From Antedon mediterranea (taxonomy: Eukaryota; Animalia; Echinodermata): a DNA stretch of 64,000 bases. Under the pieces are notes generated by a model. The model ran no database searches and was not told the origin of the DNA. It saw only the letters and a list, made by a program, of their open reading frames with translations. Below are positions 37,902-50,800 of this stretch, piece by piece. The stretch's first letter is position 1; every line of letters begins with the position of its first letter. Position numbers and translations under genes: made by a program. The stretch lies in NCBI RefSeq assembly GCF_964355755.1, contig NC_092678.1, positions 3,736,422 through 3,800,421 of the forward strand, given 5' to 3'.

Positions 37902-40900
37902 ATCCTGGCCTCAGAAAAGTATCATTAAAATGCAGGAGATTGGAAACTGGACAGCAGTAGAGTACCCTAAAAGGTGATGTGATAAATCAAATCTTTAAGC
38001 AAACTTTTAAAAAAATAATTTATCTTTATCTCTGCCAGGACTTTTTCTTAAGTATACCACTTTTTGGCAAAGCTTCAAATTTTCACTTTGTAAAACCTAT
38101 TTTTCAAGATAAAAGTAATTCATAATATAATTTATCATGACAGAAGTGGTGCAAGTATCTTATTTGGTATCTCTCTTAGAGTTATGCAGACCTACCGCAA
38201 CACGGAACACACACAATTGGTTCAATAAATGCAATTTCTACACTTTTCCAATAAAGTTTACTTCTAGTTGAGTTGTCTTTTTCGCAACCTTAATGTGTTT
38301 TGTATATGTTTTATTTTTTCTGATGTTGTGAGCAATGTTTATACTAATATATTATTGTGAGGTTTTCCCAGGACTCATGTTTCTTTTCCTTCCCCAATAA
38401 TTTAGAGTTTAAACAGACAATCATCTTTACCTTTAAATGTAGATTTTAATTTAAATTGTATTCTTCTTCCATTTTTTTACTTCTAGATGCCTGACTACAT
38501 ACCATTATACATACTGTACTGGACAAATTAATACTGTTTCTATCTTTCCCATGTAGACTAGAGGACAGGCCTACTGTTTAATATCTACTTATTATAGGAT
38601 CCTACTTTTAAAGTAGGAGACTATGGAACATTTGATTCCTCAACATTTCACGGAAGGTATTTATCAATTGAGCCCTCTATAATTTATTAAAAGTTTATGA
38701 AACAATAGAGGGTGCATGTACATGCACCAAGTTTTTTCTAAAGAATTGCAACTAATAATGAAATCTAGTGGTAAGTATAAAAGTAAAGCTTGGTTTTGAG
38801 GAAAAAAAATGGATGTAGGTCACATCTAAACAAACCATCTGAGGACTTTCTACGACAACACCCAGACAGTACACTTGGCCAGGCCCAAAATGAGGTTTGG
38901 TCAGAATGTTGATTATGAAATCTAAATTACTTCTGAGCCTGTTGATTGACTTTTTCCGAGTAAACATTCCTTTGGGTACCCGAACCTCACAAGTAAGAAC
39001 ATTTAACGATGCACGCCAATCTGTTAAGGCTTTTTTAACAAATTTAAAAAATAATACTTGATGAAAATGTTGATAATACTATCTATACAGGCATCCTTCC
39101 CTTTGTACATTAAAGCTAATGTCCCCAGTGAACATAACAATTTGCTTAATGCATTCTAAACATTTTCTGTTGAAAAAAAAAGTTCTTTTCTGTTCTCTCT
39201 TTACAGTATTATTTCTTCTTGTTTTCTAAACAAATTTGCCTCTGTACTATATTTTTGTTTGGTGCCATTGTGTTTATGGGAGCTGCAAATCTTTATCTTT
39301 TCTCTAAATTTTTGTTACAGTTATAACAAAAACTAAGTGAGATAAGATTTAACGCAATGAAGTAAAACTAAAAGAAAAAAAATTAAGAGCTAAAAAAAAA
39401 CAAAAAAACAAAAATATATATATTACAAAAGAGAATAATATGACATAAAATTCTCCAATTCTCTACCACTTCTCTAAATAAACTAAATAAGCAAAGGCAT
39501 ATGAACTACGGCAATTTATTTTCACTATAGCCAAATAACATACAGATGTGCCTAAAGTCGCTAACCGAACGTTCAGATTTTTTTTACTCCTACATCAACT
39601 TATTACAAAATAATAGACTGTTATTACGCCCTTGAGTATTGCTATGACTTGACGAATGCTGTGACGGTTGAAAACAAATCAAATGCAATGACCAAGAAAA
39701 GTAATTTGATTGAAGAAATGAACCATTTAGAGCATGGGAGAGAACATTTTCGAACTTTGAAATCGAATTGACTATTCGAAAATCGAATATTTAATTCAAG
39801 AAATTATAAATGTTAGTATAACTTTCCATACTTGAAATGGAACAGGTCTAAATAGAAAACATTATTTTTCAAATCTGTTTTGTTGCTCACAAATAAGGAT
39901 GTATGCTTGAGGTGTGTTTGTTAGGTTCACTGCTCATGAGCCCTCTAGAGTACAATTATAAGGTATACGTGAGAAAATCTACATTCATCTCCAACCAACC
40001 AAGACTGTTGCTAATATAAACAAATTGTTTTCCTCTAAATTGTAATCTTGCCTACTATTATTATATTGCTTGGTTGTTATTTCCTGACCCCTTAGTGTCA
40101 TAAATTATTTGTTCAGTAATTTATGGGATACAATATTTAACACCTCTCCTCATGCAAAATGAAAACCTGCAATTTCATCATGAGTTCCAACAAACTATAC
40201 AACTCAAAAATATATTTATGTGTATTTAATCATATATGTAATAATCATATATTTATATCTATAATTTATAGAAAATTTAGCACACTCAGAAATGTAGGTC
40301 TAGCTCTGAAGTTGATACTAAAACACATGAAGGATGTAGTATTAATATCATTTGGATGATATCAAGAAAATGAGGAAAATGTACATCACAGTATGATCTT
40401 GTTAATGCATGCTGCTATAACCTAATGAATGCTGTTAGCTATCTTGTCATGGCATTGCTGTTACATCAATTGGCAACAAAATTGAACTATATATATGTTG
40501 ACCTACGTCGACTTTTTATTGTAATTGTTATTTTCTATATCATGTTTTTTTTGTGTATATTTCTCTTGGATGCACCTTCCATTTGGTCGAGTGCCACTGT
40601 TGTAAAAGTGTAATCTCCAAATAAATTATTATTATTATTATTATTCCTTTCTTTTTTCCCTTCTACCTGAATTGGTTAAATTAATGCAAAACAAATCTTT
40701 ACGAAACAAAAAGTTAGACATTTTTAGAGAGGTTGCAACGCCAGAACCAATATCTGAAAAGTAGGAATTGAATTGTTCACAAATATCATTTATATTGTAT
40801 ATACAATTATCATCTATTTGTAGGACTAAAGGATCATTTTTAGGACTTTGTTAGGATTTGTCAGTAAATAAATTTTAGGCTCTAAATATGCTATTAGTCA

Positions 40901-43900
40901 TAGAATAGACCAAAAGATTTATATATATTTATTTACTGACTAACAGTTACTCAACATATTATAAAAGGATGACTTGCTTTGAAATAACTATATGGATCAA
41001 TCACCTACAGGGTACAAGTAACTGAAAGAAGAAACTGAAGCTTTTGCTAATTCATTTATACATCTAGTATGCTTGATTTTTTCCTCAGAATATCACTTTA
41101 CTAAAATGTAACCCACCTAAAAGTTTAATATCAATTACCAATTGAATCCATTAACCCTTTTAGGAGAACGATAAATGTCAGAATAATTTGTAATAATAAA
41201 AGTCCAAGGTATAAAAAATATAGCATTCAGAACCAAATTAAAGCTTTTGCATGCAGGCAGATCTACAGTAAAATATAAATACAAAAACCATAATTTATAA
41301 CGTAGCAAGATAGACATTTCAATTTCAATTTCAATTTATTTTCAGAATATAATTTGTCCTTTCAAATCGTATTTAATATAACTAATCAATTCAATTCACC
41401 TTTATTTCAGAACAAAGTACATATCATAACGCATAACAATATTGTAACAATCCTCAGGAGTATTAATTTTATATTAAACAGAAAAATTCAGCAAATGAAG
41501 AGAGAATTTTCTTGATCATTTTTATTAATATTAATAATTAAATTTAAAGTGATGACACAAATATGAAGAATAATAAACAATACATAATATTAAATTACGT
41601 AAATAAAATAAGTATATTAAAGCGTATATTGAATGATATAGAATTGTAAATGAGGAAAAAAGATATCTCGTACATCAAAACCAAAATGACGTAAATTTGT
41701 TTTAGATTACGTAAATAAAAAAAGTATTTAGAATCATTTCACAGTATATGGATGGATGACCACTTTGATACTAAGGTTAATTGTCCATATGGTCATTACT
41801 ACTAAATATTAAGTCAATGACCAGTCATTCAATAAGGATATGAACTGGGTATATTTTATATTTAAAAAATCATTCTACAACAAATTGATACATAAAGGAA
41901 TAATAAGGTAAACATTAAAGTAATAATAAGTTTAATTTGTTATGAATGAAATTAAAATTAAGAAATATTTCTCAGAAGATTCCTAAATAAACTCAAATAT
42001 TAAATATTATATTGTTTTCATTAATGAAACCAGGAATGCAAATAGGTACAGCTAAAGCCAAACAGATTAAATATTAACGTTAAAATTATTAAATTATGAA
42101 TAATCTAACATAAAAATAACCTTCCTTTCCACAATTAATAAGATGATAAGAATTTTGCATTAAGATACTGAAAGATAGATTCATAGATCTGATTAGATAT
42201 TCATATATTCTAATTAAGCTCTTTAATTAAAAGAGCAATGTTCATTCCATTTCATTAAAATTGGTTACGCTTCACGGGTATAGTACTCTCTGGGGTCGAC
42301 TAAATGGAAATATAATTACTGGATAAATTTAATAATATTTACAATTCATAAACAAAAAAATTACAAATCTAATGATTGTAATAACAGTTTTAGATGGTAA
42401 AACTTTGGTAAGGAAATATATATCAATACTATCATCTTATAGGGACACTTATTTACGTAACCAAAACCACAATATCAGAAATGTTGTAGGTAAGGGGAGG
42501 ATGGGAAGGTTCGAAGTAAAGAAAAGATGTATGGTTAGGCGGACAAAAGTGTCTCCTATAAATAAAATCTTGTTTTTAGATTTCAGTAAAACTTTCAGCA
42601 AATGTGGTGTCTGAAATTTGTTTGTCTATTCTGGCGAAATTTACATTTAAAGCATGCACACCTTAGGAAGACTTCCTTGAACCTATAACAAAAGTTATTA
42701 CACTTTTTCAATAAAAAGTTTCACCAAACATGACTTTTAAGCTGTAGAATTTGTACACCTGTTCAACAGGTACTGTGAGTAGAATTCTCATGGGAGGAAG
42801 AACATTTATAAAGTTTTCAGTGCCAAGCTGCAAACACGTTCCATTTTCCAACCTACTTTTCACTTCCAGCTTATGTGTCTTTGGCATAAGTGTTTTTATT
42901 AGGGGAAAAAACGTTGTTACAGTACTGAGTAGGTAAACACAATTAAAATTGCAAACCTGACCATTTTGGTAGTTGGCAAGTCTATATTTAAGAACATTCT
43001 TCGGTCTTAAAAAAGAAAGAGAATCCCAAAATTCTCTCTCTTTAAATTTATTGCACCGCTGTGAGGTTTCATAGGAAAAATCACATAAAAACATGAGCAA
43101 GACTGGAGTAATTTATTGAAGTCCAACATCAAAAAAAGATACATTGGTAAAAATTTATTAATTAAAATAATGTTGATTTCACTGAAAATGAATTTTATTT
43201 TCTGCTGGGAAGCCCACCACATGGAGCATCAGTATTTAAAAAAATTGTCTATTTGTTAACAAAAAATGTATGTATCTCATAAGGATGTAAAGATAGTGAG
43301 TTGAAAAATGCTAATCACAAACAAACCATACGCACTGAACAAGATCATGCGGTAATCTTCTATTAAAATAGGATTAATAACCATAGTATACAAATGTCCT
43401 TTTGAAGCAGGATTTCCAAATACTAATCCCATATTAGAACATAAAGTGCACTAATTTCTATTAAGACAGGATAAGGACACTAAGCTAAGATTAGTACAAA
43501 TATATGATGTGGCTTAAATGCTCCATAATATTAATCGTCCAATCAGGACACTATAAAGCACAAGTTAATCTATAGCAATTACATTTCATCTTCATTTAAA
43601 TAGATTTCCAATCTGCAATAATCTTTGACAAATGCATTTGTTATATGCTTTTGATATAAACCTCCTTTTAGTTTAAATTTGCATAATTTATAGTCAAATT
43701 GAGTAAACTCATCACATTTATAAATGAATACACATATACTAACTCATGAATGTAATTTTTTTTATTCCGAATATAATTAAACCTATCCATGTAATTTAAA
43801 ATACTACAGTATATATATTTCTATTGCAAAACACAGTTGCTTTTAGATCCAGAATAATTGACTTTAAAAAAAAACGTCACATAATAATCCATTAAGCTTA

Positions 43901-44136
43901 TTAATAAATAGATGTAGCAGAGGGGGTAATGTTCAATCGCTATAACTGCAGTGTGCTTTAAAAGCTAGCCTCTCTCAATACATCAAATTAAAAGGCCACA
44001 TCATCTACATCTGTCAGGGAAGTTTCTCTGCGTACCAGGCGATGACTATTGTTGTTTTAAAGCCTAAAACCAGTTTTGCATAGAAAAACACTGAACATTT
44101 CCTGTTTCTCTTTGAAGATTTCTTTGAAATAGTAAA

Positions 44137-44272
44137 ATGATGGATAATTTTCTTGTTTTTGGTGTATTTCTTCTTGTTGTGGTATGGATAGAAGCTGGGA
44201 GCATGGGAAGCGATTGTGGGTTCAATTGTGTTCCTAAGCATCCCCAACAAAAGTACTGTGATGCAGATTTTG
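44137..44272 (+). CDS. TIMP: TIMP-C exon 1 (atypical N-terminus). Gene model join(44137..44272,46151..46393,47300..47427,47623..47805), 229 aa
   Basis: MMDNFLVFGVFLLVVVWIEAGSMGSDCGFNCVPKHPQQKYCDADF; donor G|GTAAGT, phase 1, at the same position as in the paralogs. Not in the ORF track. Confidence 0.92.
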
Positions 44273-46001
44273 GTAAGTTAAATATTATAAAATAGTTTTA
44301 TATAATTAATCTATTTAAGTTAGGCCAATCCATCTTTTCCGATAAATGAATGTTTCTGTTTTTCTCTTTTAATATCATGTGAGAGAAATACAAATCTTCT
44401 TCAACCTCTTTAGGCCTCCAGGTTATCCTTGAAATTGATTTCTACTATTTGTGATACTAATATTTTGTATCTGTTTTCTGATAATGTCCAAGATCAAAAC
44501 TCTTTTAAGTTGATTTTGTGAAAAAAAATGTATTTGAATGTTTTTCACATGTACTAGAACTTTCTGGTATTTTCTAAATAGTTTCATCATTTAATATTAT
44601 ATACTTTTTTATCTTGAGTCATACAGGATACAATAATAAGGTTATTGCTTATATAGCATAGCACTGATTTAATAATGGGCTAAATTTGTGTACTGGGTCA
44701 GATTTATCAAACATGTCTGGCAACAAAAAATCATCTTAACTTTGTTTTAAGACAATTATTTTGCTGTTTGCTCAAACTTATATTTGATAAGATAAAAGAA
44801 CTGGTTTGATAAATAAGCCCTAATGTTTATATGTATAAAAATGAAAAAAGAAAAGATGTGTAAGGGTTAATACGAATTTGTCACAATTTAGACTCAAACT
44901 TCGAAAATCAATTCTTCTCACACTTCACATGGTACAGTTGAACTGCACTTTTTATTTATTTATTTGTTCTTTCTTTAAACTGAAATACACTTTCAATACA
45001 AATGTACGGATTTCCAAAGTGGTTCAGTAAACATATTTACAACAAAAATAAAATATAAAAGAAAAACAAAAAGAAAACAGATATAAAACTATTTACAATT
45101 GTGAAGGCAAAAAGGTTAATACATATGTTTTCTATAGCGAAGATTTAAAAGTTTCCAAAGTCATTATTACTTTGGGAGTGAGTGCATTTATTATATAAAC
45201 ATTGTACCACCTGCAGAGGAAGATACTGATCAATCACATGTTTATCCTGTTCTACAAATTTATCTCAATTACAGGTGACAGTCAACACAAACCTGTTCTA
45301 TTTCATTGATCGATTTTGTTAATAATTTGTTAAATTTAGTAGTTTAATCACAATTTGATTGTTATAGGATATTTTGTATCTCTGCGAGTACATGAAAAAC
45401 TCTAACCCATAGAGAGGTGTCTTTGCTCTACCATACCAATGGCTATCAATGATATTCAATCTAATTCAATTATTTTGCTGAATAAAACTCAATTAAGGTG
45501 ACGACAAGTGCGAAACCACAGTAAAAATCCCAAAAGTTTTGAAACTCATTACAATTTAAAATTCTCTTTAAAAACTGGTTACAGTGTGCTGATTAGGTAT
45601 GGAAACAATTAGAACATGCAAGATTTAAAGAGAATCTAAGTTACTCATTACATTTTATTGTTCAACAGAATATCAAGGGGTTTATTAAACCTGATACATC
45701 CAAAACCACTGATACAGTGCACCACTGCATAGAAGCTAAAATCTTCCAATTCCTTGAACTTTTAATACCTTGGAGTTCAAATTTTATGAGGATAATAAAT
45801 TACTTAATTCAACATTTGTAAGAACATTTTAGCCACAAATCTTTAATGTGGTGATAGTAGGCTAAATACTGTAATTACAACCTCAGACTATATATAGGGA
45901 ATCACAGTTGCGGAATTAACAAATGACATACTGTACATGCATATGATGATGAACATAAATCAAAAATTTGACGGTATCTGTGTATCTTGTATTTCGTAAA
46001 A

Positions 46002-46118
46002 CTCTGTCTACACTATCAAACTAGTTTGACAAAAAAAAGTGTGATGTACCCAAATATGGTAGTAATATTCCCAAATATGGTAGTGATATGACATCATCAT
46101 GTCCATATATGGGCACAT
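46002..46118. mobile_element. MITE family 2 copy, right end truncated, in TIMP-C intron 1
   Basis: CTCTGTCTACACTATCAAACT left TIR plus internal sequence matching 26484-26610. Confidence 0.85.
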
Positions 46119-46150
46119 ATTACAGTATTCCTTTTTCTTCTTTTTGTTAG

Positions 46151-46393
46151 TGATTCGAGGACAGGTGAAAAATCGGAATTATACAACGAAAGATGGGATG
46201 CCTAACATGGAAACGGGAATGGGAGGAGATATGCCATTCAACTACTACATCGTGTACACAGTTGCTATCGAAAAAGTTTTCAAAGGCCCATCATACTACG
46301 AAGAGGGAATGGAGATGTATATTAAAACAGAGGCTTCTAACAGCATGTGCGGAATTGGCAATCTTATGAATAGAAAGTCATACCTATTATCAG
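46151..46393 (+). CDS. TIMP: TIMP-C exon 2
   Basis: VIRGQV...YTVAIEKVFKG...TEASNSMCGI...SYLLSG; strong pyrimidine tract plus TAG; donor G|GTAAAT. Confidence 0.95.
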
Positions 46394-47299
46394 GTAAATT
46401 TTAACATGGGCTCAATTTGTCGTTATTAGCCTCCCATACAATAATTTGATATTAAATCTTTCTTTATGTCATCGTAATGATAGTTGTACAGCAACCCTGT
46501 GATGAACTAGTGAAAATTGGGCACCCATGGATATAGAATAAAACATGGTTGAGTACATAAACTTATATGATTCAAGTCAGTTAAAAACTTTTTAAACATG
46601 AAAGGAAATAATTTCAAGGATAAAGTTCTCAAATATGAATGAAACATGATTACTTTCAACAGATTTGGAAAAAAAAGTTTTAAATATTAAATGACAATGC
46701 CAACAATTTGATAATAGGTTATTTCCTTGTCACGACCATGTAACAAACAAAATAATTTGTGTTTTTACAATGTAGGCGCAACAGCATGTCTATGTTACCA
46801 AGTTTCCTGTGTTTTTTTATGGATGAAGTCTATTGGAGAAAATAGTACAACATAATAAAAAATAAAATAATGTAAACTTTGGTACAACAAGCTATATATT
46901 GTTGTATTTAACATTTAATGTTCCTGCTCATTGGGTTTCTTGGCAACTGTTATTGAAGTTTATTGAAAGTTTATGATTAATGATTTATAAGAAATTTGGC
47001 ATTGATTACATTTAAGGTTCTAGAATGCACTGAATGCTTGTCAGTATAAAGTGATGTGACATTTTGTAAATGTTTTTTGTAGTAGGCCCTAGGCCTACTA
47101 GACAAAGCTGGTCCCAGTGAAACATCTCACCTCCCATCCATACCCATGCCTACTACAAAATCTACAACATTTTGAAACTCCTCGAAAACCAGAAATCAGT
47201 AAGGTTAGGTAACCTAATCTTCAAAATTTGAACAACCGATCTTTCTGAAAACCAAACTTGAAATGGTAGGAAAAACTAAAATCATATTGTATTTTTTAG

Positions 47300-47427
47300 G
47301 TCAAAAGGAAGAAGATACAATGATGAACATCAATGGATGTAATTGGGTGACAGAATTCAAAAAGTTGACATCTGCACAAAAAACTGGCGTAAAGCGGCAG
47401 TATGGAGCAAACTGTAACTCTTGTGAA
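47300..47427 (+). CDS. TIMP: TIMP-C exon 3
   Basis: QKEEDTMMNINGCNWVTEFKKLTSAQKTGVKRQYGANCNSCE; donor GTAAGT. Confidence 0.95.
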
Positions 47428-47622
47428 GTAAGTATTAATAATAGCCTATACAATCAAAATTCATAGGAGCACATTTAGGGGAATGCTTCTACGTATTTCA
47501 AAATCCTGAATCTGAAATTGTTATGAAACCTGAAGCATTCTTTTAAAGCTCTACATATCTTTAACTAAACAATCTTGCAAATTCATAGTGTTTTTTTTAA
47601 TACAAAGATATTTTTTTTGCAG

Positions 47623-47805
47623 ATTGAAGATTGTGAAAATAGACAGTGTAAAGCATCTGCAAAGACAAGATGTGTGTACAATCCTGCAGGATCAAAATCA
47701 TGTCATCAACAGTTTTCTTATTGCATCCTCAAAAAGAACGGTGTTTGCAAATGGGACAGGAAACGAGATGAGATGAAAGAGTGCTTACGAGAAAATACAA
47801 AATAA
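47623..47805 (+). CDS. TIMP: TIMP-C exon 4
   Basis: IEDCENRQCKASAKTRCVYNPAGSKSCHQQFSYCILKKNGVCKWDRKRDEMKECLRENTK*. Confidence 0.95.
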   Translation: MEDCENRQCKASAKTRCVYNPAGSKSCHQQFSYCILKKNGVCKWDRKRDEMKECLRENTK

Positions 47806-50800
47806 TGAGATTAGAGGTGACAAAATGAGACTGTACATCACAGCGAATGTTAAAATTCCTTTGTAAATATCATCCTCATGTTGACAGAAATTGTGACATG
47901 GCATGAATCATTAAGGGATATCATCAGAACACTGGACTTTTGACAGTTTGTAAAAGATGAACATTTTTGATAAATTAATCAATACTTTATTAATAGTTTC
48001 ATAATTATATGTGGTAATTAATAACATGTTTGAACATCACCCAATCTTCTGCTTGTAAAACAGGAACTCGTCACTACGGTACTTGCCAAGTAGCCTAACC
48101 CAAAGTTTTTTTAAAAGAGCCCTATTAATTTGAGAAACTTCTCTGATTTCTTCTAAACATAACTGCATAACTGTAGGCCCATTGGTAAAAATATATATTT
48201 TTATTTCTGTAAATGTACTGTAGGAAGTTGCTTTGAAAGGCATTGTCTTGTTCAAAAAATATTTGAAAACATCAACAAAATTCTTTCTAATTTGATTTGT
48301 CAACAAGAAAACTTTAACAACAATAATATAAAGGCCTAAACATATAATGAAACCATAAAAAAACATAGTAAGGAAGTGGTATCCATCTTTATGTTAAAAG
48401 GATTAGAAAAAATGACTTTTTCAAAGAATACCTATTAGGATAGGTACTTAAATGTTTCCTAATACTTGCGTGGGTCATAGTGTTTGCCAACTGGTAGAAG
48501 GTCATCAGAATTTAAACTTTGAGATAAATAATGTGTACCTTTTGTTTACAAAAATATTAGGTGTTGAAAAAATGTAGTGATAAACTTTACTTTATGGTTC
48601 TCCCTTACACACTAAAAGTATCCATGTCTGAAAGTTGCAATAAATGCCTCTTTACAATGATGAATGGAAATATCATCATCCTGGACCATTCCAAAAATCG
48701 TAAAATAAATAATAAACCGACAAATGTTACTGCTTTACATAAGGTAAAACAGGGTATAAGAGAATAGGCGGAAATAGTTCAGAATTGCTATAATTGTAAC
48801 TAATATTAAATATATGTAAATAAAAATAAATAATAAACAAATATAATGTATGTGGTTGGAAAGATAGCAGAGTATAAATTAAAAATCTGTGTATTCATTT
48901 ATTGATGTCGGTATTATTTCATTTTTTTTTAAACTGTGTTCATATTAAGAATTACACAACATTGAAATGGATAATTTATCTTTTCACTTTTTTACATTTT
49001 TAAATGTAATTATTTTAGAATTAAATAAATCAATTGAGATTCTCACTAAAGACAGCACAATAGCTGTAAGTATACAATAAAAACATGAAAGCCAAATTTA
49101 TCTCCCATGCAGAGAAAACCTCAAGACACATGTTTAACTATAAATTCCTCAAGTGTGTGAAAGCGTATCATCTTCAGTGAAGTAGCACATCACAACCAAC
49201 AGCCTGATCAATCAACTAGATGTGGTCAACCGCAAGGGTTTCCTGGCGATATCAATTTTGAGTAGCGAAACATAAATATAGCATTTAACAGCATGCCAAG
49301 TCATTGGAACATTCCATCTAGCTGAAAAAGATGGCATCGCCTTTTAATACTAAATTGCAAATGTAGGCCTATAAATATAAAATGTGATATATACACTCTG
49401 GATGTTGCTAAAGTGTCAAATGTACAAACAGTACATTTTACAAAACCAACTAAAATATTGTATGCTAAAACCCCATATTTACTCAGATCACAAGGAGAGG
49501 AGGATGTCCACACTTGTAAAACTCCCCAGCTTAGACAATTTGATTCAACTTCACTTTGCAACGCACAATAAAATAACTATATACACAGTATAATATATCA
49601 TCTCTTATATACAATATGTTGAATCTTTTTTTTCTTTGAATGCCAATGTACTGCGTCAGAAATACCTGTGGAGAAAGAATGCCGAGATGGCGTGATGTAA
49701 AGTAGAATGGGGCACTTATAGGTTGCTGCTAAATCCTGTGATACTGTTAAAAACCTTTTAAATTAGCCTTGTGACACAGGTGGAATATTCATTTAACATT
49801 AGGAAGTAAAACTACTAAAAAAGATCCCAAATTATACTAAAGAAATACACACTCATCCTATATAAATCTTATATAAATTTCATAAAATGAATATTAAGAT
49901 TAATTAACTAAGTAGAAAATCAGAATGTCACATAAATCAAAATAAATGTGAAATATTGTAATGTAATTTCAATTGTTGTTATGTAATTTGTAATGCAAGC
50001 AATGGAATTTCCAGAAATGGATGAGAATAAAGTTTGAATCTTTGAATCTCTTTGAATCTTTGATTTCAGTTTCATATATAAGTACATTAAAGTGATCACT
50101 AGTTCAATGATGGTGAATCATGAATAATAACTAGCGCCCTCTATCTATAGGCACCAGGCAAGATAAGTTTCAAAAAGTTTTTATTTCTGTTTGAATCATA
50201 AAATAGTAAGTAAAAAAGTGTTGAAACAAAGCATTACTGATTGTTTTACTGTTCAATTCAACTTGGAATTAAAAGAAAACTTTTTCAGAAGAAATTTGGA
50301 TACTCTACAATATCTTACGATGGTTACTGTAAAATATATTTGAATATAATTGAATTACTGCATTACAATTGAACATTATTATAATTGATGTATCCCTGAA
50401 GAATCTTGGAAACGCAGAAAACTTGAGCCAACTTGAACCATTTGGGGAAACTTGAATGAATCATGCACTTGAATTCAAACAAATTGTGCTTATTCATAAA
50501 ACAATCGCACACTTTGAAAATTATACAGTAGGCCAATGTCCAGAATAATATGGACATTATTTTAGACAATTATGGAAGTATTTCATACCTAAAAAATCCA
50601 GTAAAAAAAAGAACTCCAATTACAGTTTTTTGTTACAAAAAACACAAAATTAAGAATGTTCAAAACTAATCATTTTCACAAGGTGTAAAAGAAGAATTTA
50701 CCTTACAAACAATTTCAAAATTAAACCAATTTATATTTAATATACTTTTCACCCAATAACATTGGGCGAGAAATGTTTTACTAATTCAGTCAATATCAAG

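Noticed and set aside
38752-39160. GC-richer minus-strand segment with a short ORF as a synapsin or other host exon
   Set aside because: No synapsin motifs in the frames read and no convincing splice pair; probably decayed transposon sequence.
42500-43290. 130-aa minus ORF and neighbouring ORFs
   Set aside because: No family resemblance; the sequence looks like the interior of a non-autonomous DNA element, but I could not define its termini.
49125-49180. Minus-strand CTGAAGATGATA...AAACATGT as a hammerhead
   Set aside because: The GAAA core is missing and stem II is broken; at most a dead Penelope-type remnant.
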